Origin: Cupriavidus necator
GTDB lineage: Bacteria; Pseudomonadota; Gammaproteobacteria; Burkholderiales; Burkholderiaceae
Assembly (NCBI RefSeq): GCF_016127575.1
Contig: NZ_CP066019.1
Span: forward strand, 2,790,001 to 2,822,000
Reading direction: 5' to 3'
Length of the DNA: 32,000 nt
This document shows, one piece after another, positions 17,840-25,907 of the stretch. How positions within the stretch are numbered: the stretch's first letter is position 1; every line of letters begins with the position of its first letter. Below the pieces are notes generated by a model. It did not search any database. It worked only from the letters and a program-made list of their open reading frames with translations, and had not been told where the DNA came from. The position numbers and the translations under genes are program-made.

Positions 17840-18415
17840 TCAATGCCACACCCGCGTGGCGTTGGCCCAACGCGCCGCGCACGACGACTGCGCTACGGCC
17901 GCGTCGATCGTTTCGTTGGCGGCCTCCGCCGCCGGCACCGTCGCGGCAACATCCAGCGCGGCGCGCCACAGCACCGCCGACACCAGCGTCTTGCATTGCC
18001 GCCGTTCGCCATGCGCAAGCGCGAGCAGCCGCTCATAGCCGTCCAGCACGATCAGCCGGTCACCACGGCGCGGATGCAGCGACAGCGTGTAGAGGTGGTC
18101 AGACTCGCATTGCAGGCTGCCGCCGCTGACCGCGACCACGATTGCACCCGGCAACGCAATGCCGCTGGCCTGGACCTCGCCACGCAAGCGCGCCAGGTAC
18201 GCGTGCGCGCGTGGATCGCAGGTGCCGCCCACACCGCCCGCCATCTCTGCCGGCAGCGCGCAGAGCGCCATCAGCTCGGCCGGCGAAACCGCCAGCGTAT
18301 AGGCCTGCAGCGTGGGACGATAGGTTGCCACCACGGCGCGCAGCCGGTGCGGCGCATCGCCATCATGCCCTGCCTGCAGCGGGCTGTCCGGCCCGCGTAA
18401 CTGCATCGTGTTCAT
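17840..18415 (-). CDS. hypothetical protein (191 aa), possible degenerate ParB/Srx (DGQHR-like) fold
   Basis: Good GC3. GGAG lies 5 nt upstream of the ATG at 18415, only 32 nt downstream of the acyl-CoA dehydrogenase stop. The segment GAIVVAVSGGSLQ...RLIVLDGYERLLALAHGERR resembles the beta-strand plus DGxxR helix core of ParB/DndB-like domains. That assignment is by eye only. Confidence 0.55.
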   Translation of the reverse strand: MNTMQLRGPDSPLQAGHDGDAPHRLRAVVATYRPTLQAYTLAVSPAELMALCALPAEMAGGVGGTCDPRAHAYLARLRGEVQASGIALPGAIVVAVSGGSLQCESDHLYTLSLHPRRGDRLIVLDGYERLLALAHGERRQCKTLVSAVLWRAALDVAATVPAAEAANETIDAAVAQSSCAARWANATRVWH

Positions 18416-18447
18416 GTCGACTCCTGCCGCGCGGGGCGTTTACCTGG

Positions 18448-19605
18448 TCAGTCGCGCAGCAGTTGCTTGGCGATGATCAGCTGCTGGATCTGCGTGGTGC
18501 CTTCATACAGGCGCAGCAGGCGCACGTCGCGGTAGAAGCGCTCGGCCTTGTACTCGGCGATATAGCCGGCGCCGCCATGGATCTGCACCGCGCGGTCGGC
18601 CACGCGGCCCACCATCTCGGTACAGAACATCTTGGTGCACGAGGCCAGCATGCTGACCTCCGGATCGCTCTTGCCGGCGGGCTTGGCGTCGTAGCGCTGG
18701 GCGCAGTCGCGCACCATCGACAGGCCGGCGTAGAGCTCGGCCTGGCTGTCGGCCAGCATCGCCTGGATCAGCTGGAAGTCGCCGATGGGCTTGCCGAACT
18801 GCTTGCGCTCCCTGGCATAGGCCACAGCGTCGGTGATCAGGCGATGCGCCATGCCGCAGGCCAGCGCCGAGATATGCAGGCGGCCGCGGTCGAGCACCTT
18901 CATCGCGGTCTTGAAGCCCACGCCCGGCACGCCGCCGATGATATTGGCGGCCGGCACGCGCACGTTCTCAAGCACCACGTCGCAGGTCTTGGTGCCGCGC
19001 TGGCCCATCTTCTTGTCCGGCTTGCCCAGCGAGATGCCCGGGGTGTCGGCCGGCACGATGAAGGACGAGATGCCCGAAGCGCCCGCGCCGCCGGTGCGCG
19101 CCATCAGCGTGAAGGCGCCGGCGCGCGGTGCGTTGGTGATGAAGCGCTTGGTGCCGTTGATGACATAGTGGTCGCCATCCAGCTCCGCCTTGGTCTGCAG
19201 CGAGGCCGCGTCGGAACCCGCATTGGGCTCGGTCAGCGCGAACGAGATGATCAGCTCGCCGCTGGCGATGCGCGGCAGGTACTGTTGCTTCTGTTCCTCG
19301 GTGCCATCCATCAGGATGCCTTGCGAGCCGATGCCGACGTTGGTGCCGAACACCGAGCGGAAGGCAAAGGCGGTATGGCCCAGGTCGTAGACCACATCGC
19401 ATTCCTGCGACATCGACAGGCCGATGCCGCCGTAGTTCTCGGGGATGGAGATGCCGAACAGGCCCATCTCCTTCATGTCCGCGACGATCTCGGCGGGCAC
19501 GTCGTCGGTTTCCTCCAGCGTGTCTTCGGCGGGCTTCAGGCGTTCGTCGATGAAGCGCTGCACCGAGGCGCGCAGCAGGGCAAAGGATTCTTGGTCAAGG
19601 GCCAT
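18448..19605 (-). CDS. acyl-CoA dehydrogenase family protein
   Basis: It shows ALTEPNAGSDAASL, YVINGTKRFITNA and a C-terminal RLYEGTTQIQ, the classic ACAD motifs. The ATG at 19605 has GGAGA 6 nt upstream. Confidence 0.9.
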   Translation of the reverse strand: MALDQESFALLRASVQRFIDERLKPAEDTLEETDDVPAEIVADMKEMGLFGISIPENYGGIGLSMSQECDVVYDLGHTAFAFRSVFGTNVGIGSQGILMDGTEEQKQQYLPRIASGELIISFALTEPNAGSDAASLQTKAELDGDHYVINGTKRFITNAPRAGAFTLMARTGGAGASGISSFIVPADTPGISLGKPDKKMGQRGTKTCDVVLENVRVPAANIIGGVPGVGFKTAMKVLDRGRLHISALACGMAHRLITDAVAYARERKQFGKPIGDFQLIQAMLADSQAELYAGLSMVRDCAQRYDAKPAGKSDPEVSMLASCTKMFCTEMVGRVADRAVQIHGGAGYIAEYKAERFYRDVRLLRLYEGTTQIQQLIIAKQLLRD

Positions 19606-19728
19606 GATGATTCTCCGGGTCAAGCCAGTGCGTCAGTCTGGCCGCCTATGGTACGCTGGTCGCGGGATTTGACAATCCACTGAAACTTGGACAGAAGCGT
19701 CAGTATAATTTGACAATCGCAGCCGGCC

Positions 19729-21507
19729 TCAACCCAATGTGGCGGATAACAGGCCCGCCACGCCGATGGCCAGCGCCGCCAGCGCATCGCCCGCGATCAG
19801 GCCGCCACCGACCAGCGATGCCGTGCTCATATCCTGCGGCAAACCCCGGGCCGGCCTTGCGGGCCTGGCCACGGCGGCGGCCACGCTCGCCACCACGCCG
19901 CCGGCCGCCATCCACCCGGCCGCCGCCAGGTTGACGAAGCCGCCGAAAGATGACGCATAGGGCGAAGGCAGGATCACCGCATCGAGCAGGAAATCCGCCA
20001 CCCGCCCGCGCCGGCTGGCTTGCGCGAAGCGCTGCCACGCCTGCCGGCCGAGGATGGCCTTGCGCAATACCGCGGTAGCCAGGCCGAGCGCGAGGCCCGT
20101 TGCCACTGCCACATGCTGGCCGGCACGGCTTTGCGCCAGCCCGTGCAGCACGCCCACGATCTTGTATGTCATGGCCGAGGTCCAGCGCGCCGGCTGCTGG
20201 TCGGCCGGCAGGCTGGTCTGGTCCAGCGCCAGCACCGGGTAGGCATGCATGAACAGCCGTGCCATCGCCACCGCAACCAGCGCACCCACGACGATGCCCG
20301 CCACCTGGTAGCCGAACTGCACCATGCGGTCGCTGCCCAGGCGCCAGCCGGTGGAGCGGTCCTGCTGCATGTCGCTCGCCTCGGCCGTGGCCACCAGCAA
20401 GACCGTGGCGGCGATCAGCCCGACATGGGGCGCGCGCAGCCCGGCGGCGGCCATCAGGATCACGGACAGCACGAAGGCCGACGAGATCGGGTTCTGGTCG
20501 ACCATGCCGACCGAGATGCCGTTGACCAGCGCAAACACCAGCACCAGCAGCACGGCCATCAACTGGAAACCCAACGGCTGGCCGAACCATGCCACGCCCG
20601 CCGCCACCGTGGCCGCGCCCCACAGCAGCGCCCAGGCCGCCACCCAGCCCATGCCCGGCCCGCGCCGCGGCGCAGGGTGGCGGCGCGCGCGCCACTGGCG
20701 GCACGCCTGCGCCAGCAGCAAGGCCACATCAACCGCAGCCGCCCCCATGATCATGCCCAGGGCCACCAGGAAGGTGGCCTTGCGATAGGGCTCGCCAGGC
20801 GCCATCCAGCCCGCGGCAACAAACCACGGGGTCATGGCCCAGCCGGCCAGCCCGCCCACCAGCGCGGCAATGCCCACGCGCGCGCCGACGATCATCCCGG
20901 CGCCGAAGGTCGCGGCCGACAGGTCCAGCGCCGCCAGCCACGGCATGCGCGCGGCGCCCAGGCCGCAGCCCAGGCCCAGTGCCATGCCGCCCCCGAGCCG
21001 CGCCACCGAACGCCGCAGCAGCGCCGGATCGGTCAGCGCGCGCAGGATATTGGCCACGGCCAGCCCCGACGGAAAGGTCAGCTGCATCCGGTCCACCAGC
21101 AATGGCGTGTACAGCATGCCCACACCCACCCCGAACATGCCGATGCACAGCATGTACAGCACCAGCTGCCACAGCGGCGGCTGCGCCATGCCCAGCCACG
21201 CCATCGCCTGCAGCACCACGGCCATGCCGCCCATGCCCGCCACCGACGCCGCCGCGGTCTGGATGTAGTTGGCACCGTGGCGCCCGGGCGCGCCATAGCC
21301 CGCCGTCACCACCGAGCCGAGGATGCCCGCCAGCACCTGCCCGCCGACGAAGAAGCCCAGCGAGAAATTCATATACGCGGCAGCGATGCCGCCCAGCGGG
21401 CCCAGCACCAGCATGCCTGCCGCGCCCAGCAGCACGTGGTACTGCCAGCTGCCCGGCGAAGGCAGCCTGGTGGCGCGGGGTGCGGCATCGGTCGGGAGCG
21501 TGGGCAT
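19729..21507 (-). CDS. OPT-family oligopeptide transporter
   Basis: 592 aa and polytopic, with more than 14 hydrophobic segments. The N-terminal YHVLLGAAGMLVLGPLGGIAAAYMNFSLGFFVGGQVLAGILG pattern is typical of bacterial OPT proteins. Confidence 0.85.
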   Translation of the reverse strand: MPTLPTDAAPRATRLPSPGSWQYHVLLGAAGMLVLGPLGGIAAAYMNFSLGFFVGGQVLAGILGSVVTAGYGAPGRHGANYIQTAAASVAGMGGMAVVLQAMAWLGMAQPPLWQLVLYMLCIGMFGVGVGMLYTPLLVDRMQLTFPSGLAVANILRALTDPALLRRSVARLGGGMALGLGCGLGAARMPWLAALDLSAATFGAGMIVGARVGIAALVGGLAGWAMTPWFVAAGWMAPGEPYRKATFLVALGMIMGAAAVDVALLLAQACRQWRARRHPAPRRGPGMGWVAAWALLWGAATVAAGVAWFGQPLGFQLMAVLLVLVFALVNGISVGMVDQNPISSAFVLSVILMAAAGLRAPHVGLIAATVLLVATAEASDMQQDRSTGWRLGSDRMVQFGYQVAGIVVGALVAVAMARLFMHAYPVLALDQTSLPADQQPARWTSAMTYKIVGVLHGLAQSRAGQHVAVATGLALGLATAVLRKAILGRQAWQRFAQASRRGRVADFLLDAVILPSPYASSFGGFVNLAAAGWMAAGGVVASVAAAVARPARPARGLPQDMSTASLVGGGLIAGDALAALAIGVAGLLSATLG

Positions 21508-21635
21508 GGCGCAGCGGGCGGGCTGAAGTAGTGTGCCTCTTGCGAAGCATAGGCCAAGGCCGGTCTGCGGCGATGTGCGACTTGTTCCCGACTTTCGCCG
21601 GATGGCCGTTTCCCGGCCGGGTTAACACTAGTTTC

Positions 21636-21668
21636 GTGCGCAACCATCTAGTCGATATAGTTGCGCAC
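21636..21668. promoter_or_regulatory. perfect 9-bp inverted repeat, candidate operator of the downstream MarR regulator
   Basis: GTGCGCAAC (21636-21644), a 15-nt spacer, then GTTGCGCAC (21660-21668). It overlaps a TATAGT -10-like box (21656-21661), 34 nt upstream of the monooxygenase ATG. Confidence 0.5.
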
Positions 21669-21701
21669 ACAACTACATCGCAGAGACACTACGACCCCAC
21701 C

Positions 21702-23384
21702 ATGCCAGACTCCACCGCACCCCACGCCGCAGTGCCGCCGGCACCGCCGCCCTCGTCATCGCGCCCATGGCCGCAGCGCGTGCCGGTACTGATTGCCGGC
21801 GGCGGCCCGGTCGGCCTGACGCTGGCCGCGCTGCTGGCGCGCCAGGGCATAGCCGCGCTGGTGGTGGAAGCCGACGACGGCTACTGCGCCGGCAGCCGGG
21901 CCATCTGCATGGCGCGGCGTTCGCTGGAGATCCTCGGCTGGGTGGGCGCAGACCGCGCCACCGTCGAAACCGGCCTGCCGTGGGTGGGCGGGCGTAGCTA
22001 CTACCGCGATGCCGAGGTGCTGCATTTCCGCATGCCCAGCGAGGCCGGCGAGCGCTTCGCCCCGATGGTCAATATCCAGCAGTACTACCTGGAAGCCTTC
22101 GCCCACGACGCCGCGCTGCGCGGCGCTGCGCCAGCGGATGTGCGCTTCGGCGCGCGCGTGCAGGCGGTGCGCCAGCACGGCAGCGGCGTCGTGGCCGAGA
22201 TCCAGACAGGCGCAGGCGTGGTGCAGGTCGGCGCGCAATGGCTGGTGGCCTGCGACGGCGGGCGCAGCACCGTGCGCGAGCAACTGGGGCTGCGCATGAA
22301 GGGCACCCAGTACGAAGGCCGCTACGTGATCGTCGATATCGTGCAGAAGACGCGGCGCGAGGTGGAGCGGCTGGCCTGGTTCGACCCGCCTTCCAACCCC
22401 GGATCGACCATCCTGATGCACCGCCAGCCTGACGACGTCTGGCGCATCGACTACCAGATCCGCGACGACGAAGACCCTGACGAAGCCGTCAAGCCGGAGA
22501 ACGTGCTGCCGCGCGTGCAGAGCCACCTCGACATGATCGGCGAGACCGAGCCGTGGCGGCCGTTGTGGATCTCCATCTACAACGCCAAGTGCCTGACCTT
22601 GCAGGACTACCGCCACGGCCGCGTGCTGTTTGCCGGCGACGCCGCGCACCTGGTGCCGATCTTTGGCGTGCGCGGGCTCAACTCCGGGCTGGACGATGCC
22701 GGCAACCTGGCCTGGAAGCTGGCGTGGGTGCTGCGCGGCCAGGCGCCCGAAAGCCTGCTCGATTCCTATTCGACCGAACGCGTGCATGCCACGCGGCAGA
22801 ACATCGCCTACGGCGCCAAGAGCACCGAGTTCATGGCACCGCCCGACTTTGCCTTCCGGCTGATGCGCGAGGCCACGCTGCGTCTGGCGCAGCATGAGCC
22901 CGCGGTGCGGTCACTGATCAATCCGCGGCAGTCGGCACCGATTGCCTATACGGATTCGGCGCTGAACGGTCCCAGCGACTTTGGCGACGACTGTCCTGGC
23001 GCCGCGCCCGGCCTGCCCGCGCCGGAAATGCGCGTGGCAGGCCCCGACGAGGTCGTGCACCTCACGCAATGCTTCGGGCAACGGTTCACGTTGCTGTACT
23101 TCAGCGATGCGCCCACGCTGCCCGAGCCACTGGCCGCGTTCGCGCATGCGCATCCGGACGCCATGCAGACACACGTGGTGGTCACCGGCGGCAACGTGGC
23201 CGGCGCCACGGCGCTGGCCGACGTCGCCGGCCAGGCCCACGCCCGCTACGGCGCACGACCCGGCACGCTCTACCTGATCCGCCCCGATGGCTATGTCCTG
23301 GCACGCTGGCGCGAACCGTCATGGGACGCCGTGCGCGCCACCCTTGCCCCCCTGATGCAAACCGGAGCCCGCCATGCAAGCTGA
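21702..23384 (+). CDS. FAD-dependent aromatic-ring monooxygenase (PheA/TfdB / MhpA-like hydroxylase)
   Basis: It starts at MPDSTAPH. It carries the GxGxxG dinucleotide fold VLIAGGGPVGLTLAALLARQG, then DGGRSTVR, then GRVLFAGDAAHLVPIFGVRGLNSGLDDAGNLAWKL (the GD and FAD-ribityl motifs). The upstream part of ORF 20979..23384 is antisense to the OPT gene. Confidence 0.9.
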   Translation: MPDSTAPHAAVPPAPPPSSSRPWPQRVPVLIAGGGPVGLTLAALLARQGIAALVVEADDGYCAGSRAICMARRSLEILGWVGADRATVETGLPWVGGRSYYRDAEVLHFRMPSEAGERFAPMVNIQQYYLEAFAHDAALRGAAPADVRFGARVQAVRQHGSGVVAEIQTGAGVVQVGAQWLVACDGGRSTVREQLGLRMKGTQYEGRYVIVDIVQKTRREVERLAWFDPPSNPGSTILMHRQPDDVWRIDYQIRDDEDPDEAVKPENVLPRVQSHLDMIGETEPWRPLWISIYNAKCLTLQDYRHGRVLFAGDAAHLVPIFGVRGLNSGLDDAGNLAWKLAWVLRGQAPESLLDSYSTERVHATRQNIAYGAKSTEFMAPPDFAFRLMREATLRLAQHEPAVRSLINPRQSAPIAYTDSALNGPSDFGDDCPGAAPGLPAPEMRVAGPDEVVHLTQCFGQRFTLLYFSDAPTLPEPLAAFAHAHPDAMQTHVVVTGGNVAGATALADVAGQAHARYGARPGTLYLIRPDGYVLARWREPSWDAVRATLAPLMQTGARHAS

Positions 23385-23553
23385 AGACCTCGACCTCGCC
23401 TACACCCATCTGTGCGAGGCCATGGGCCGTGCCGGCGAAGCGCGCACCCCGCTGCTATTGGCAATGGTGTGCCTGGGCCTGATGAGCCGGCAGGAAGCGC
23501 TGGCGCCGGTGCTCGCGCTGATCGACGAAGCCGAGGCGCGCAGCCAGAAATAG
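23374..23553 (+). CDS. small protein, DUF2783-like (59 aa)
   Basis: It falls below the ORF-track length cutoff. Translation is MQAEDLDLAYTHLCEAMGRAGEARTPLLLAMVCLGLMSRQEALAPVLALIDEAEARSQK. GGAG lies 6 nt upstream, and it overlaps the monooxygenase stop by 11 nt. I recall that small DUF2783 proteins commonly follow this monooxygenase class. Confidence 0.55.
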   Translation: MQAEDLDLAYTHLCEAMGRAGEARTPLLLAMVCLGLMSRQEALAPVLALIDEAEARSQK

Positions 23554-23565
23554 GGAACATAGGGC

Positions 23566-23571
23566 TAGAAT
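23566..23571 (+). promoter_or_regulatory. candidate -10 box (GCTAGAATG context) upstream of marR
   Basis: TAGAAT lies 24 nt upstream of the ATG at 23596. It is one instance of the recurrent octamer CTAGAATG. Confidence 0.35.
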
Positions 23572-23595
23572 GCCGACGCCTGACAAGGACACGCC

Positions 23596-24066
23596 ATGAA
23601 GCCACTGCCACGCCTCGACCAGTTCCTGACCTACCGCCTGCACCAGGTCAACAAGCTCAGCGACAAGGACAGCGCCGCCGCCTACCTGGAGCAATGCGGC
23701 CTGCCGCTCGGCGAGGGCCGCTGCCTGGCCGCGATCGGCGCCTTTGCGCCGCTGTCGGTCAACGAGCTGGCGCACCGCGCCAACCTGACCAAGGGCCAGG
23801 CCAGCCGCTCGGCGCAGGCGCTGGTGGCGCGCGGGCTGGTCAGCAAGGAGGCCAGCGAGGCCGACGGGCGCGGCGTGGTGCTGTCACTGACAGCACAGGG
23901 CAAGCCGCTGTACCGGCAGGCGATCACGATGATCGCCAGGCGCAATGCAGAGATCTTCGGCTGCCTGAGCGACGCCGAACGGGCGCTGCTGGGCAGCCTG
24001 CTCGACCGGCTGGTCGCGCACGCCGGCCAGCAGGACGAAGAAGGCGCCGAAGACGCCGGCGCCTGA
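23596..24066 (+). CDS. MarR-family transcriptional regulator
   Basis: 156 aa with a winged-helix core LSVNELAHRANLTKGQASRSAQALVARGLVSKEASEADGRGVVLSLTAQG. Confidence 0.9.
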   Translation: MKPLPRLDQFLTYRLHQVNKLSDKDSAAAYLEQCGLPLGEGRCLAAIGAFAPLSVNELAHRANLTKGQASRSAQALVARGLVSKEASEADGRGVVLSLTAQGKPLYRQAITMIARRNAEIFGCLSDAERALLGSLLDRLVAHAGQQDEEGAEDAGA

Positions 24067-24070
24067 TCCT

Positions 24071-24526
24071 TCAGCGGCGCAGGTTGTCCACCTGCACGCG
24101 CGCGCCATCGCGGCGCGCTGCGTCGGCCACCTCATTGGTGACCACGGTCTGGCCGATCGGCGCCAGCGCAATGCCGGCCAGCTTCAGGTGCTGGATCGCA
24201 AACGGGATGCCGATGATGGTTACGAAGTTGGCGACCGCCGCCATCACGTGGCCGATGGCCAGCCACACGCCGGCAAAGACAAACCACAGCACATTGCCGA
24301 CCAGCCCCAGCGCGCCGGTGCCGACATCGTCGCGTCCGCTCAGCTCGCGCCGGCTGATGGCCTGCTTGCCGAACGGGAAAAAGGTGAAAGTGCCGATCAC
24401 GAAGCAGGCCTTGCCCCAGGGGATCCCGATGATCGAGATAAAGGCCAGCAGCCCAACCAGCCACCAGGCCAGGCCCATGACCACGCCGCCAAGGATGAAC
24501 CAGAGGAAGTTGCCGATTGCGCGCAT
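24071..24526 (-). CDS. yccF: YccF-domain inner-membrane protein
   Basis: It starts at MRAIGNFLWFILGGVVMGLAWWLVGLLAFISIIGIPWGKACF and contains a second repeat GNVLWFVFAGVWLAIGHVMAAVANFVTIIGIPFAIQHLKLA. This is the duplicated YccF motif. The longer ORF-track version adds a non-coding-like N-terminus. Confidence 0.85.
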   Translation of the reverse strand: MRAIGNFLWFILGGVVMGLAWWLVGLLAFISIIGIPWGKACFVIGTFTFFPFGKQAISRRELSGRDDVGTGALGLVGNVLWFVFAGVWLAIGHVMAAVANFVTIIGIPFAIQHLKLAGIALAPIGQTVVTNEVADAARRDGARVQVDNLRR

Positions 24527-24611
24527 GTCATTCTTTCGCGAGTGAGGAAGAGAACACGCATGATACGCAACGGTGTGGTGCGGGCATGGCGCCGAGCGGG
24601 TCGTGGCAGCA

Positions 24612-24630
24612 AAGCGTACCCGTTTCTGCG
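24612..24630 (+). repeat. 19-bp motif AAGCGTACCCGTTTCTGCG, copy A
   Basis: Exact match to three other copies. Copies A and B share an exact 28-mer GCAAAGCGTACCCGTTTCTGCGTGCCTC. Copy A is intergenic, 86 nt upstream of the yccF start on the other strand. Confidence 0.9.
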
Positions 24631-24746
24631 TGCCTCGCCGAAACCGGCGGAACGGCATCGCCGGCCCTTCGGGAAACGCGTTCGACCCTTGTTTATAGGC
24701 ATATTCCATTCTGCAAGACCGATCGCAAACCCCGCTGCCGCGGGCA

Positions 24747-24765
24747 AAGCGTACCCGTTTCTGCG
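24747..24765 (+). repeat. 19-bp motif AAGCGTACCCGTTTCTGCG, copy B
   Basis: Exact copy 135 bp downstream of copy A. It lies 48 nt upstream of the TAGAAT box at 24813 and 147 nt upstream of the 2-hydroxyacid dehydrogenase ATG. Confidence 0.9.
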
Positions 24766-24812
24766 TGCCTCCGCGCGTGCTGTCGCCTTCGGCAAGCCCG
24801 GCGCCGCAGCGC

Positions 24813-24818
24813 TAGAAT
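24813..24818 (+). promoter_or_regulatory. candidate -10 box (GCTAGAATG context) for the 2-hydroxyacid dehydrogenase gene
   Basis: TAGAAT lies 93 nt upstream of the ATG at 24912. It is one instance of the recurrent octamer CTAGAATG. Confidence 0.35.
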
Positions 24819-24911
24819 GTGACGTCTGCCCGCTATCCGCGTGACGGACTCCGGGTGCATCCCACCCGCTGTCACCCTTCTCCGACTCCATCGCCTGCTC
24901 CGCTGTCCCCC

Positions 24912-25847
24912 ATGAAGCCCACGCTGCTGATCCTGACCCAAGTCGCCACCCACCACCGCGACGCCATTGCCGAACGATTCGAGATCCTCTACGCGCCAGA
25001 CGCCGAAGGCCGCGCCGCGCAGATCGCCACGCAGGGCGAACGCATCCGCGCGGTACTGACCATCGGCTCCACCGGCCTGACCGCGGCGGAGATCGACGCG
25101 ATGCCGGCACTGGAACTGGTGTGCGCACTGGGCGCGGGCTTCGAGAACATCGCCGTGGCCCACGCCCGCGCACGCGGCATCGCCGTGGCCAATGGCGCCG
25201 GCACCAACGACAGCTGCGTGGCCGACCACGCCTTCGCGCTGCTGCTGGCGACCGTGCGCGCCGTGCCGCAGCTGGACGCGGCCACGCGCGCAGGCACCTG
25301 GCGCACTGCACTGCCGCTGCGGCCCAATGTCTCTGGCAAGCGGCTGGGGATCGTCGGGCTGGGCACCATCGGCCGGCGTATTGCCCGGCGCGGCGAAGGC
25401 TTCGACCTGGAGATCGGCTATCACAACCGCAAGCCGCGCGAAGATGCCGGGTACCGGTACTTCGACAGCATCGGTGCGCTGGCCGCTTGGGCGGACTACC
25501 TGGTGATCGCCACGCCGGGCGGGGCAGGTACGCGGCACCTGGTCGATGCAAGCGTGCTGGCGGCGCTCGGGCCGGCCGGGTTCCTCGTCAATATCGCGCG
25601 CGGCAGCGTGGTGGATACCGAAGCGCTGGCTTCAGCGCTGCGCGCTGGCAAGCTTGGCGGGGCGGGGCTGGATGTCTATGAGAGCGAGCCGGCGCCGCCG
25701 GTGGTGTTGTTCGACTGTCCTAACGTCGTGCTGACGCCGCATGTGGCTGGCTGGTCGCCGGAGGCCATCACGGCGTCCGTGACGCAGTTCCTGGAGAATG
25801 CGCGGCGGCATTTTGCTGGGGAGGGGTTGTTGACGCCGGTGGACTGA
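24912..25847 (+). CDS. D-isomer-specific 2-hydroxyacid dehydrogenase (glyoxylate/hydroxypyruvate/2-ketoacid reductase type)
   Basis: NAD-binding GIVGLGTIGRRIARR, and the catalytic-region motifs FLVNIARGSVVD and LTPHVAGWS. The start is the ATG at 24912 (MKPTLLILTQ). Confidence 0.9.
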   Translation: MKPTLLILTQVATHHRDAIAERFEILYAPDAEGRAAQIATQGERIRAVLTIGSTGLTAAEIDAMPALELVCALGAGFENIAVAHARARGIAVANGAGTNDSCVADHAFALLLATVRAVPQLDAATRAGTWRTALPLRPNVSGKRLGIVGLGTIGRRIARRGEGFDLEIGYHNRKPREDAGYRYFDSIGALAAWADYLVIATPGGAGTRHLVDASVLAALGPAGFLVNIARGSVVDTEALASALRAGKLGGAGLDVYESEPAPPVVLFDCPNVVLTPHVAGWSPEAITASVTQFLENARRHFAGEGLLTPVD

Positions 25848-25907
25848 GGGGCAAGCTCTTGCATTGGACAACGGTACGCCGACAACAGCCCAAGCAGCAG
25901 CTAAGAT

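Noticed and set aside
18142-21531. Long plus-strand ORFs (513 aa and 503 aa) opposite the acyl-CoA dehydrogenase and OPT genes
   Set aside because: They are shadow frames of clearly recognisable minus-strand genes. The second is extremely rich in His, Arg, Gln, Ala and Gly.
20979-21701. 241-codon N-terminal extension of the monooxygenase ORF
   Set aside because: It would run antisense through the OPT gene and across the divergent promoter region, and it is Pro/Ala/Arg-rich. The Rossmann GxGxxG fold begins shortly after the ATG at 21702.
24517-24822. 101-aa plus-strand ORF covering both intergenic copies of the 19-bp motif (repeated peptide SVPVSACL)
   Set aside because: It has no RBS and a non-host-like composition. 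Its 5' end overlaps the yccF start region antisense. The peptide repetition simply reflects the DNA repeat.
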